The notes under the pieces: model-generated | What the model saw: the letters and a program-made list of their open reading frames with translations, nothing else | Database searches by the model: none | Told to the model about the DNA's origin: nothing | Part shown: in pieces, positions 1 to 8,629 of the stretch | Layout: each line of letters starts with the position of its first letter | Position numbering within the stretch: the first letter of the stretch is position 1 | Source: a virus | Direction: 5' to 3' (one strand) | DNA: 52,006 bases | Virus record (IMG/VR): IMGVR_UViG_3300045988_180472 | Coordinates: 1-52,006 of that record | Program-made: the position numbers and the translations under genes

Positions 1-55
1 GCATCCGCAGGTAATCCATCTGAGACATACTCACCTCGCTTACTTTACCATGGCC
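1..55. repeat. 55-nt segment identical to the window end (51952..52006); marks circular closure or terminal redundancy of the assembly
   Basis: Direct comparison of the first and last 55 nt gives a perfect match. The minus-strand ORF starting in the terminal copy (51979) sits directly downstream of the ORF ending at 40. Confidence 0.9.
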
Positions 56-252
56 TCTGTGATAATGGGATACCCATAAATCTGCCATGGGCTGGTATCG
101 CGATGCAGAGGAGTTTCCTGCATGCCCATCGCAATGCACCTACGCCGCCAGAGAGCTTGCGCCGCTTGCCATGCGGCCGCATGGGACTCAAAGACGCCGC
201 AAATTTCCTTGTCGTCAATCTTATGTTCAATCAGCACGTATACTTCATCCAT
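40..252 (-). CDS. hypothetical protein (70 aa)
   Basis: ORF in the minus-strand operon. Its stop lies 11 nt upstream of the small membrane ORF that starts in the terminal repeat. No recognisable motif. Confidence 0.45.
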   Translation of the reverse strand: MDEVYVLIEHKIDDKEICGVFESHAAAWQAAQALWRRRCIAMGMQETPLHRDTSPWQIYGYPIITEAMVK

Positions 253-559
253 TGGCTCTTACCTCGCGCAAAATCAGGTAGCAATTGGCAGGGCTGAAAT
301 CCTTCTTCACGTCCCGCCGCCGCAAGTGGCAATACTCGTATGTGGTGCCCAAGTTGGCGGCTTGAAAATCCGCCCACTCGAGGAAGGTGTTGGGATTCTC
401 CAGCCACGGCAAATAGATGCGGTCCCAATACTTGACAACCAACGCTTTGAAGCGCGACAACTCTCGCCCGCGCTCATGCCTTAACGCGAAGACGCTATGG
501 ACGAGGTCATACTTGTCGCCATACTTCGCACGTGATTCGCTCAGCGGCTTCTTACTCAT
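245..559 (-). CDS. hypothetical protein (104 aa)
   Basis: ORF with start and stop overlapping its neighbours, consistent with translational coupling in the early operon. Confidence 0.5.
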   Translation of the reverse strand: MSKKPLSESRAKYGDKYDLVHSVFALRHERGRELSRFKALVVKYWDRIYLPWLENPNTFLEWADFQAANLGTTYEYCHLRRRDVKKDFSPANCYLILREVRANG

Positions 560-1064
560 GAGCTTGTCCCGTGCTCAGTATATTGAGTATACGCCGCAGC
601 TCTTGGCTGGTGATGGGACCAATGCAGTCAGCGAAAAGTTCCTCTTTCACGCCTTCTTCGCCGTAAACGAGGAAAGGAATTACGTTCAGCGGCTTCTGCT
701 GGTCAAGGCTATTGAACGTATGCAGGTAAAGAGTGTGCTCAATGGGACGATTGAGCTTGCGAGACAGCCAGAACTGATGCGCAATCCGCCAATAGGTCTC
801 AGTCACCTTCTTGCACGCAGGCTGAACGCCAACGAACATGTCAGTGAAATATTGGCGATTGGTCTCGAACGGGCAATTTCTCAACGGGCAATTCGCTTGG
901 TTCTGACGATAGTTGCAATTGCACATGAACGCGGCCTTGGCTGGGTCAACCGCCTTGATGGCCTCGTCAGTCAAAACAGCGTTAATGCCGTCACGATAGA
1001 CATGCGAGTCAAAGAACTTCTCAAACGTCGCGTCAGCAGCGCGCAGGCCTTTTTGCAAATCCAT
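552..1064 (-). CDS. hypothetical Cys-rich protein (~170 aa)
   Basis: ORF with a GGAGG RBS 5 nt before the ATG at 1064 (MDLQKG...). Cys cluster CNCNYRQNQANCPLRNCPF. No family recognised. Confidence 0.55.
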   Translation of the reverse strand: MDLQKGLRAADATFEKFFDSHVYRDGINAVLTDEAIKAVDPAKAAFMCNCNYRQNQANCPLRNCPFETNRQYFTDMFVGVQPACKKVTETYWRIAHQFWLSRKLNRPIEHTLYLHTFNSLDQQKPLNVIPFLVYGEEGVKEELFADCIGPITSQELRRILNILSTGQAHE

Positions 1065-1122
1065 ACAAACCTCCATGTTGTTTTTTCAATCTATACCATG
1101 AATATCCGCCAATGTAAACGCG

Positions 1123-2310
1123 TTATATGTCCATGGCGTCCAGTTTGTCATGGCGAATTCTGATAAACCGAGGATGCCGCATACTCCCGTATTCGGTCAG
1201 CCCCTGCCCGGCAATTTCGATAGTACGACCAATGATTAACGATTTATCGTCCCACAAGACTTTTCGCAGGTAGTCAGAGAATCCTCCGCCGACCTTCACC
1301 ATAACACCGTTCAAGTCGACGATGACGCCGCCAAGCATGCCTTCATACTTGCCGCGACCTTCAAAAACGCCAGTAACCACAGCGTCAACCGTGAAAACTT
1401 CCTTCAGTTTCATCCAGTTGTTGTTGCGCACATTGGCGTATTCAGAGTCGGGCACCTTCAGCATAAGGCCTTCATATTTCTGATCAATGGCCTCATGGTA
1501 CAAGCGCAAGGCTTCGTCTTCAGAGCGTACCAATTGGTGCGTCACGAAGTGGACAGATGGATGGTTCAGCTCGTAAACAAACCGAGCTGCATCTTCCAAT
1601 CGCTGGGACAACGGCTTGTCAAAATCGACAATATCGAACACGAAGAATTCGGCATCAGGCGTTTCATTGTATGAGCGAAGCGCGCCAGATGCGGCATTGA
1701 AAGACTTGCCATGCACCATCAGCTCGCCGTCAAGAATAGGTGCTTTCATGCCGATAGCTTCACACAACCAGTCAAGGCCATGGAATTCTTGCCCAGTACG
1801 AGAATAGAAACGGCCGCCCCTATATTGGGCCCGGTCTCCATCGTACTTGACGGACGCCAGCAGCGGATATTTCGCCTTGTTGGGGTCATACAACTTGGCG
1901 AGCTGCACGTCCATGGTGTAGATAAGGCCGGGAAATACCTTGTTGATGGAAGGTACGCCTAAGCCAAAATCAAACGTCCTGTTGATGACGCAAGCGACAA
2001 TATGCTGACTCGCCAAAGTCAGGCCAGCAATGAAGGCGCGAAAAGCGCCGCGCGTAGCTATGGTGCTGCTCTGCTCGAGAATTGACAATTGCACCTGTAA
2101 GAGCTGCGGAGTGAGCTCAGTAAACCCGTAAGTCCGTGGAACGACAAGCTTCGACATGCCATATGAGTGGAAAGGCGAATACGCCATTTCGAGATATGGG
2201 GCAAGCTCAAAATATTGGCTCAAAATCTCTTTCTTGCGGTTTATGCTGCGTGCGCCGCGAATCTTCATGACGCCGTCCCATAACTGCGCAGTATCCATAT
2301 TTCCCTCCAT
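1123..2310 (-). CDS. ATP-dependent DNA ligase
   Basis: Motif I KYDGDR (the adenylation lysine, KxDGxR) and motif IV-like EGLMLK. Size 395 aa. The true start may be an internal Met; the ORF overlaps the VRR-NUC gene by ~100 nt. Confidence 0.8.
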   Translation of the reverse strand: MEGNMDTAQLWDGVMKIRGARSINRKKEILSQYFELAPYLEMAYSPFHSYGMSKLVVPRTYGFTELTPQLLQVQLSILEQSSTIATRGAFRAFIAGLTLASQHIVACVINRTFDFGLGVPSINKVFPGLIYTMDVQLAKLYDPNKAKYPLLASVKYDGDRAQYRGGRFYSRTGQEFHGLDWLCEAIGMKAPILDGELMVHGKSFNAASGALRSYNETPDAEFFVFDIVDFDKPLSQRLEDAARFVYELNHPSVHFVTHQLVRSEDEALRLYHEAIDQKYEGLMLKVPDSEYANVRNNNWMKLKEVFTVDAVVTGVFEGRGKYEGMLGGVIVDLNGVMVKVGGGFSDYLRKVLWDDKSLIIGRTIEIAGQGLTEYGSMRHPRFIRIRHDKLDAMDI

Positions 2311-2584
2311 AGATGTTGTCGATTAAGTCATCCACCTCAGACTGCGTTTTCACAACCGCCACGTTAGCGCCATTGTCTTGGAGCGTAGACAACACCACCT
2401 TCTGAATGGGCTGGAGTGTCCCTTGTGGCCGCTTGACCTCTACAAAGACCACGCAGCCATAAAGGATAACCACTCTGTCTGGCCAACCCGCCATAGATGG
2501 CGATATGAGCTTGGGACAAATGCCGCCCTCATTCTCCACGCGGTTGACCAAATACCCTTCAATTTTATTCTCGGCATAACCCAT
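2207..2584 (-). CDS. VRR-NUC family nuclease (PD-(D/E)XK)
   Basis: PDRVVILYGCVVFVEVKRPQG...QKVVL pattern (D...EVK) typical of VRR-NUC. RBS GAGGG before the ATG. Confidence 0.65.
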   Translation of the reverse strand: MGYAENKIEGYLVNRVENEGGICPKLISPSMAGWPDRVVILYGCVVFVEVKRPQGTLQPIQKVVLSTLQDNGANVAVVKTQSEVDDLIDNIYGGKYGYCAVMGRRHEDSRRTQHKPQERDFEPIF

Positions 2585-2586
2585 GG

Positions 2587-2880
2587 TCAGCCCTCGATGT
2601 TCTGCTCAAGAGAATGCTGCCAAATCAGTTCTTTGTGCCTGCGCATGAGACCAGTGAAAATGCGATAGCACACGCGCTTATTCGCCTTATATTCGATTGC
2701 GGTCTTGAGCAGGTCCAGCCAATTACCAAGCTCAAGATCTTTATTGGCCCACAGGAAGGTTTGGAGATTGGTGAGATTCATGACGGGGCGAACATACTCC
2801 ATTCGCGATTCGCCCGACAACAGCCATTTGTCAAAGTCAGTCAAATACTTCTCGAATTCTTTCATATCATCACTTATCAC
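2587..2880 (-). CDS. hypothetical protein (92-97 aa)
   Basis: ORF between the polymerase and VRR-NUC genes. The first codon is GTG; an alternative ATG lies at 2865. Confidence 0.45.
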   Translation of the reverse strand: MISDDMKEFEKYLTDFDKWLLSGESRMEYVRPVMNLTNLQTFLWANKDLELGNWLDLLKTAIEYKANKRVCYRIFTGLMRRHKELIWQHSLEQNIEG

Positions 2881-4781
2881 TTTTTATAACGCGGCCCAAC
2901 CCAACCGTCAGCCCGCAGTGGAATGTCCTTTGACCACTCAGTGCCTTTACACATGCAATCGAGCATCAGCTCTAGCCGCTCATCTGACCCATCCTTCTCT
3001 TCACAGATGTTTTCATCATAGATGGAGCCGATGATATTGAAGCCATGACGCTCAAGCTCGAATTTGCCATCGTAGAGAATATCGCGACCCAACGCTTGGA
3101 TGACGTTTTCAGTCAGTTTGCCCGGCGTGCCATACTGGCGTACGTAAGTTTTGGTCTTTTGGTCGATGCCAAGGTAGGTAAGCGCTAAGCCATACTGCCC
3201 ATCTTGCAGCTTGGGGTCACGATAATACATCGCCCGCCCACTAGCCAACGTCATCTGCAGCCACTTGGCGCCAGCACGGTCTTTAATGACGCGGAAGGTT
3301 GTCTTATATGCAGTGAATGCTCTGCCTTGGTTGGTGACCGCATTTTGCGCGGCGTCCATCAGCTTATACCATAAGCGAACTACCCTATGATACTTTTTGC
3401 GATAGCCTTTAACGATGGCGTCAGCTTGAGGCAGGCTCAAATCGACGCCAAAGCGAGCAGCATAATCAACGAATCCACGCGCGCCCATTCCATAACCGCA
3501 GCCAAGAATACCAACTTTGCCCATCTGGCGTTGGTCTTTTGTGACCTCGTCATATGGCACCCCGTAATTAAACGACGCCATATCTTTGTATTGGTCAAAC
3601 TTGTCAGCGAAACGTTGGCAGGCTTCCCAATCTTCCGCCAGCCATATGAGCAGAATATACTCAATGGATGAGTAGTCCGCGCACATGATATGGTAGCCCG
3701 GTTGAGCCTTAATCATCGAGCGGATAAGAGCTCTGGCGGACTTAACTGGGTTGTGCTCGCAAACAGACAGGTCAAAGAAGCTCGCAATCTCGCTCTCTGG
3801 ATCGCTGACACTCGCGCGTGGCAAGTTGAGCAGCTGAAAGCCCATACCTGTGATGCGTCCAGTGTGAGCCCCGTAGTAGCGCGAATTGTCGTACATGCGG
3901 CCATTGCTGGCCATGTTCACGATTCGCTTGTACTTGCCGATGGAGGACAGCCCAAGGCTCGCCCTCATCTCAATCACGTTCACGACCGCATCAGGCAGAG
4001 TCAAGAAGTCCGCATCGTTCATGAGCGCTTCAATGGTGTCCTTCTTGAGACCAGGCACCAACTCAAAGCCCATGGTGTCGTTCACGAAGTCTTTAATCCG
4101 CTTGACTTGTGTCACCTTCTCAACCGCGCCATTGGTTACCCGCGGCAAAGTCTTGTTCTGTTCATCCAGATAAACAGTTGTGACTTTGAGAATTTGCTGT
4201 GCCTCATCAACTGCGATGGGCAAGCCACGCTGATTGATTCTGCAAGTAAGTTCCCATATCGATTGTTCACGGTCAGACAGTCTGTCAGCTGGCAAATGAC
4301 GAAGAACAGCAGCCGTCGACTCAACGTCTTGCCTGTTATACTTAATATAGTCTTGCCAATATGGACCAACGCACTGGTGCGGTCGTGCTCGCTTAAACAT
4401 GTCAATGAGCATCGACCCAGCTGAATCTTTCAATTCTTCTGGGCATATAGCCTTGGTGGCGTTCATCAAGTTCTGAGGCAACCCGTATCTGCCGCACAGC
4501 GCTTGCACGTCCACCACTCGATTGAGCGGCAACTCAATGCCAAGGCATGCGCGAGTAACCGCAATTTCAAATTGCGCGTTGAAGGCGTAAATAATGGAGT
4601 CATTGAAGATTTCCACTGGAAATGGCCCGTCGTGACACGTCCACGTTTCGACAAGTCCATCATCAATCTTCCATGACGCGATTTGGATGTATAGGCTTGG
4701 GTCAGCGCAGTAATTCGCGCGGCCAGCCTCTACAAGGTCCGTATCGCAGCCTGTTTCATAGTCAAGAATGAGCTTTCGCAT
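2877..4781 (-). CDS. DNA polymerase, family A (Pol I-like) with N-terminal 3'-5' exonuclease
   Basis: Motif A DYSSIE, motif B RQMGKVGILGCGYG (K...GxxYG), motif C-like YDE. N-terminal LDYETGCDTD matches an Exo I-like motif. RBS AAGGTGG before the ATG at 4781. Confidence 0.85.
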   Translation of the reverse strand: MRKLILDYETGCDTDLVEAGRANYCADPSLYIQIASWKIDDGLVETWTCHDGPFPVEIFNDSIIYAFNAQFEIAVTRACLGIELPLNRVVDVQALCGRYGLPQNLMNATKAICPEELKDSAGSMLIDMFKRARPHQCVGPYWQDYIKYNRQDVESTAAVLRHLPADRLSDREQSIWELTCRINQRGLPIAVDEAQQILKVTTVYLDEQNKTLPRVTNGAVEKVTQVKRIKDFVNDTMGFELVPGLKKDTIEALMNDADFLTLPDAVVNVIEMRASLGLSSIGKYKRIVNMASNGRMYDNSRYYGAHTGRITGMGFQLLNLPRASVSDPESEIASFFDLSVCEHNPVKSARALIRSMIKAQPGYHIMCADYSSIEYILLIWLAEDWEACQRFADKFDQYKDMASFNYGVPYDEVTKDQRQMGKVGILGCGYGMGARGFVDYAARFGVDLSLPQADAIVKGYRKKYHRVVRLWYKLMDAAQNAVTNQGRAFTAYKTTFRVIKDRAGAKWLQMTLASGRAMYYRDPKLQDGQYGLALTYLGIDQKTKTYVRQYGTPGKLTENVIQALGRDILYDGKFELERHGFNIIGSIYDENICEEKDGSDERLELMLDCMCKGTEWSKDIPLRADGWVGPRYKK

Positions 4782-4800
4782 AACCACCTTATACCATGAA

Positions 4801-4833
4801 AAGAAAATAAAAAGAGCCCCAATTTGGGGCTCT
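4801..4833 (-). terminator. rho-independent terminator/attenuator downstream of the DUF2815 gene (minus strand)
   Basis: Hairpin AGAGCCCC / GGGGCTCT, followed on the minus strand by a T-rich run (A-run 4801-4812 on plus). Confidence 0.6.
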
Positions 4834-4845
4834 TGGAAGGATTAT

Positions 4846-5442
4846 TTACAGCAGTTGGTCTTCAGAGCCCGTGGTTTCATCCCATAGGGCGCCTGCGGAT
4901 TCTTCCTTTTCAGCGAAGGCGCTGAAGGCACTTTCAGCCGTGCCGCGGCCATCCATGCGTTCGCCATCCTTAACAAACATAATGTGATTCAGTGCGCAGC
5001 CCACGCCAAAGGACTCGTTGTTGTATGGGAAAAATCCCAAATCGCCGCGGCAATAGCACCCAGAGTAGAACACCTCTGGGCTGACGGGCTTGGCGAAGCG
5101 GTCAACGGTACCCGGGGCGTTGATGCTGGAAGCAGTGATGAAGTAATGGCCACGATAGCATTCGCGTCCAGCCTGCTGCTCAGGCATAGCTTCTTCATAG
5201 TACGCGTCGCCGTCCTTGAAGGGATTGTTGAACTTGGGAGACTTGACGCCTGCAGCAGTGAACTTGCCCTTCTTGATGCCAGCATTGACGGCTTCTTGAA
5301 TGCGAGCCTTGAACCAGTTGATGGTAGCTTCATCATCCTTCGGAATGAGGAAGCCGCACGAATACTTGGCGGTTCTGCCGCGAGCTTCACGAGGCTGGGC
5401 GATGGAGGCGTAAGTAATGCGAAGAACGTTGGTAACGGCCAT
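4846..5442 (-). CDS. DUF2815-family phage protein (putative ssDNA-binding protein)
   Basis: N-terminal NVLRITYASIA...AKYSCGFLIPKDD pattern resembles DUF2815. Sits in the DUF2800-DUF2815-PolA arrangement common in phage replication modules. RBS AAAGGAG. Confidence 0.6.
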   Translation of the reverse strand: MAVTNVLRITYASIAQPREARGRTAKYSCGFLIPKDDEATINWFKARIQEAVNAGIKKGKFTAAGVKSPKFNNPFKDGDAYYEEAMPEQQAGRECYRGHYFITASSINAPGTVDRFAKPVSPEVFYSGCYCRGDLGFFPYNNESFGVGCALNHIMFVKDGERMDGRGTAESAFSAFAEKEESAGALWDETTGSEDQLL

Positions 5443-5459
5443 GGTGAATTCTCCTTTAT

Positions 5460-6080
5460 CTAGTTGTTATTATTGGTATTGGTGTAACCGTCTGCAATCC
5501 GCTGGTAGTTGACGCGCATTTTCTCGTTAAACGCGTCCGCAAACTCATCAGCGGTTATGCCAAGTTGGTACAGCAAATTGATGTAATGAGCTTCCCACAG
5601 CTGAAACAACCGTATGTCAAGTTCTGATACGGGTTCCGCCACAATAAGCACCATATGCGGCTGACCAATTTGCGACGTTACAGCCATCAGCTGCTCGAAC
5701 ATGGACATGCAAATATTACGCTGTTCCATCGGTCGAGTAATTCGCGGTTCATCGCAAAAACCAGCCCGCTCAAGCAGAGCAGCCAAATTTGGTGACAAGC
5801 CGTTTTTGTCTTGGTCGCTGCCAGTTATCCATGTCAAGCCAGCCGCGCCGACGAGATATTCGTAGAAGAAGAATACGTCAACCGCTTCTTCTACCAAATG
5901 GCGCTTGTTGATTTCTTTGTAGTCAGCAGGCCACCATGGCTTCCACGGAAGCTCGTTGAGCACTTCAACGATTTCAACATTCAGCGCGATAGCTGCTTGT
6001 TGGCGCGTCAAAGGACACTTGAGCTTTTCATGGTAGTCAGCTACCTCTGACATCAAATCAATCATATTGACAGATGCCAT
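5460..6080 (-). CDS. all-alpha NTP pyrophosphatase (dimeric dUTPase/dCTPase-like, dUTPase_2 type)
   Basis: EIVEVLNELPWKPWW signature of the all-alpha NTP-PPase superfamily, in a nucleotide-metabolism context. Confidence 0.55.
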   Translation of the reverse strand: MASVNMIDLMSEVADYHEKLKCPLTRQQAAIALNVEIVEVLNELPWKPWWPADYKEINKRHLVEEAVDVFFFYEYLVGAAGLTWITGSDQDKNGLSPNLAALLERAGFCDEPRITRPMEQRNICMSMFEQLMAVTSQIGQPHMVLIVAEPVSELDIRLFQLWEAHYINLLYQLGITADEFADAFNEKMRVNYQRIADGYTNTNNNN

Positions 6081-6196
6081 ACGCTCACTCCATTTAAATG
6101 ATTAATTGATGATTTTTAAATAACACGCAATAGAATTCTTGTAAATAATTTTCTGAAAATTTTTTATGAAAAATTTTGTTCAACTGCGTCAATAGC

Positions 6197-6697
6197 TTAT
6201 TTGACCATGTAAAACACGCCGTCGGCGTTATTACCAGCCGGTAACGTTATAATGCCCTCCACGTGAGACCATCCAGCTGTCCCGCGGGCCAATTTCCACG
6301 CCTCATAACCCGGCCGCCTCGTATGCTGCATGAAGAATACCTCTTGCACGCCAGCTGCAATCAGCTGTTTGGTGCAATCCTCACACGGTTCGAGCGTGCA
6401 GAAACATATGCGATGGCGTCCTTCCGCCTTATTGCGCAATTCGCTCAGCTGCTGAAGTGCGCAAATTTCCGCATGGATAGCAGGACACGAGAGTCCATCC
6501 TGCTTGCGGCAATGACCTAACGCCAAGCACTGACGGCGTTCGTCAATATTGGCGCCATACACAATTTCAGGCTGTCCTGAAATCGGGCAATTGAGAATCA
6601 CACAGCCCACATGCTTGTCGAGGCACGTGGAGTGCATCGCGGCCTCCTTCACGCGCTTCAAGTGCTGGGCTAAAATAGGTGAAGCGAACAAGTACAT
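6197..6697 (-). CDS. dCMP (deoxycytidylate) deaminase
   Basis: Zinc-binding motifs CPAIHAE and EPCEDC (HAE...PCxxC). 166 aa. Confidence 0.8.
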   Translation of the reverse strand: MYLFASPILAQHLKRVKEAAMHSTCLDKHVGCVILNCPISGQPEIVYGANIDERRQCLALGHCRKQDGLSCPAIHAEICALQQLSELRNKAEGRHRICFCTLEPCEDCTKQLIAAGVQEVFFMQHTRRPGYEAWKLARGTAGWSHVEGIITLPAGNNADGVFYMVK

Positions 6698-6749
6698 CCT
6701 TTACTCCAATAAAGAAAATGCGGCGCAACTCGCGCCGCGCTGTCAACCA

Positions 6750-7403
6750 TTATTCTTTGAACCACACTTTACCGCAGGTCATTTTGCCTTGCTTGCACGT
6801 CTTGTGCATGAAGCAGTCTGGCCCAACATAATTGAACAACTCGGGAAACCACTTCTTACACTCGACAAGCACACGTTCAGCCAACATCTGCATCTCGAGC
6901 GTATTGCGCAAGCACAAGCGCAAATTCAAGAAATTCACCAATTGGCGTGCGTTGGTGGTGACTACGAGATTGACGCCAATGCCTTCTGGCAGAATCTGAC
7001 GAGCTTCAGACTTGTCGATGCCTTCATCAATCAACTGGTCATACAGCCGCAGCGTCTGCTCAACATGAGCGCGAACAAGCGCATTCTTCGCCATAGCTTC
7101 GCACATAAACACGGGATACTCGTCATATTTTTGGTAGTGTTGGCTCGAGCTGGTTGGGCTCTGCATGCGATGGCGCAACAGCTGCAAGCTGCAAGCACGA
7201 GAAATATCAGTAATTTTGAAAGTAACCGTGGCATGCTCAAACACGCTAGTGTGGTTAGCCTTCAGCAAGTATTGCGCGAGCGTGGGACTGTCAGATTTAT
7301 TCGCCATCTGCCGCATCGTCTGACTGCTCGCATAACACACGAGCACGTTCGGATTGGCGGTCTTATTGAGAATAACTACTTGCGGGTCATAAGTGTTAAC
7401 CAT
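6750..7403 (-). CDS. thyX: flavin-dependent thymidylate synthase ThyX
   Basis: ThyX signature RHRMQSPTSSSQHY (RHRxxxxxxxS). 217 aa. RBS GGAGAGG. Confidence 0.85.
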   Translation of the reverse strand: MVNTYDPQVVILNKTANPNVLVCYASSQTMRQMANKSDSPTLAQYLLKANHTSVFEHATVTFKITDISRACSLQLLRHRMQSPTSSSQHYQKYDEYPVFMCEAMAKNALVRAHVEQTLRLYDQLIDEGIDKSEARQILPEGIGVNLVVTTNARQLVNFLNLRLCLRNTLEMQMLAERVLVECKKWFPELFNYVGPDCFMHKTCKQGKMTCGKVWFKE

Positions 7404-7719
7404 TATTATCCTCTCCAGTCGGTGTGTTATGGCGAGTCAGCCAATGCAAAAACATGGCGTTCGCAGCGATATGAGCCGTGTGCTGCAAGCCGCTTTCTTC
7501 ATCAATGGGCTCTTCTTTCAACAGCGCCATACAATGGCGTAATAGCGCAGCGCGATAGCGAGCTACTGCATTTGGCACTTTCTGCCAACTGTTGACGTCA
7601 TATTTCTCCGCGCCAAACGTCAGCACTTTGCCAAGATCTTCAATGAAATACGGGTCGAGCAAGTCAAGCCGCGGCTTGCCGCCGTCGAACTTAAGACCCA
7701 CTGACTTTTCTTCAGCCAT
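7396..7719 (-). CDS. small putative nucleotide pyrophosphohydrolase (MazG-like / dATP-dGTP diphosphohydrolase N-terminal-domain-like)
   Basis: KFDGGKPRLDLL...FGAEKYDVNSWQKV pattern recalled from small phage NTP-PPase-like proteins. Lies within the nucleotide-metabolism cluster. The family assignment is from memory only. Confidence 0.35.
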   Translation of the reverse strand: MAEEKSVGLKFDGGKPRLDLLDPYFIEDLGKVLTFGAEKYDVNSWQKVPNAVARYRAALLRHCMALLKEEPIDEESGLQHTAHIAANAMFLHWLTRHNTPTGEDNNG

Positions 7720-7778
7720 AGATACCTCACTTGTTTACGTTCAAAAATATATTAAATAAAAAAGACAAGAAAGTAAAC

Positions 7779-7813
7779 AAAAAAAAAAACACGCGGCTAG
7801 TGAAAGCCGCGTG
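7779..7813 (-). terminator. rho-independent terminator after the wHTH gene (minus strand)
   Basis: Hairpin CACGCGGCT / AGCCGCGTG, followed on the minus strand by a T11 run (A-run 7779-7789 on plus). Confidence 0.75.
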
Positions 7814-7862
7814 TTTAATGGGAATGAAGGAACGTATGGAGGAAGATGCGAAAAGCTATGAA

Positions 7863-8366
7863 TTAGTTGGCGCTTTCGTCGTCGATGGCTTCGCCGCGGG
7901 ACTCACAAAAGGTGAGCAGCTCAACGCGAGCTTCCGCGAGTTCGAGCTTGGCGCGAGCCACACGCTCTTGCATAACGGTCAGCTCGTCGACTTCAGCATC
8001 AGCAGGGATATTGTCAAACTTCTCAACAGCACGCTGGCAACGAATGACATCGCCCTGTGCGCGCTCAATCGACTTGCGAAGAGCGGCGGCCTTCTCTTCA
8101 GGCGTACGCTCACGAACAGGCTTCTTGGAAGACTTGCTGGCGGCCTTCTTGGCGGCCATGTAGTCAGCGTAGCCCGCTTCGTCAGTGATGTAGAACACGC
8201 CGTTTTCGTCCTTCACGGGATACTTGCCCATGAGACGAAGCTGCGCAAAGGTGGAAGCGATGGTCTTCGGCGTGGTGTTCAGCGCTTCTTCAAGCGACTG
8301 ATTGGTGGCGCCACCTTCGAGAATGAGGTTGAGGACCTTCGTGCGGAGATTGGTACGTTCAGCCAT
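7863..8366 (-). CDS. putative DNA-binding protein (N-terminal winged-helix/HTH-like), possible early regulator
   Basis: N-terminal LRTKVLNLILEGGATNQSLEEALNT is helix-turn-helix-like. Strong RBS AAAGGAGC. Coiled C-terminus. Confidence 0.4.
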   Translation of the reverse strand: MAERTNLRTKVLNLILEGGATNQSLEEALNTTPKTIASTFAQLRLMGKYPVKDENGVFYITDEAGYADYMAAKKAASKSSKKPVRERTPEEKAAALRKSIERAQGDVIRCQRAVEKFDNIPADAEVDELTVMQERVARAKLELAEARVELLTFCESRGEAIDDESAN

Positions 8367-8629
8367 GGTATTGCTCCTTTATATTGTTTGTTTTATTGAC
8401 CGCGTGGGCAAGCAGAGAAGCCCCGCCTGTTTTCGCAACCAGCTAAAAAACATTGCCTCGGGCCAAAGCCCACGCGGCTCAAGCACAAGCACATTGAATG
8501 CGTGCGGCGCATTCGTGCTGCTTGATGAATTCAGTATATACACATCCAAGAGGTTTGTAAACGCTTTTTTGCCAACTTTCTCAAAATTTTTTCTTCTTTT
8601 TCACTCCCCCTTTAAATTGTTAGTTTTGT

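Noticed and set aside
7731-8399. 222-aa plus-strand ORF overlapping the minus-strand wHTH gene
   Set aside because: It is fully antisense to an ORF with a strong RBS and a terminator. It begins in an AT-rich promoter/terminator region. Low-complexity Gly/Leu/Arg content is typical of a shadow ORF in GC-rich coding DNA.
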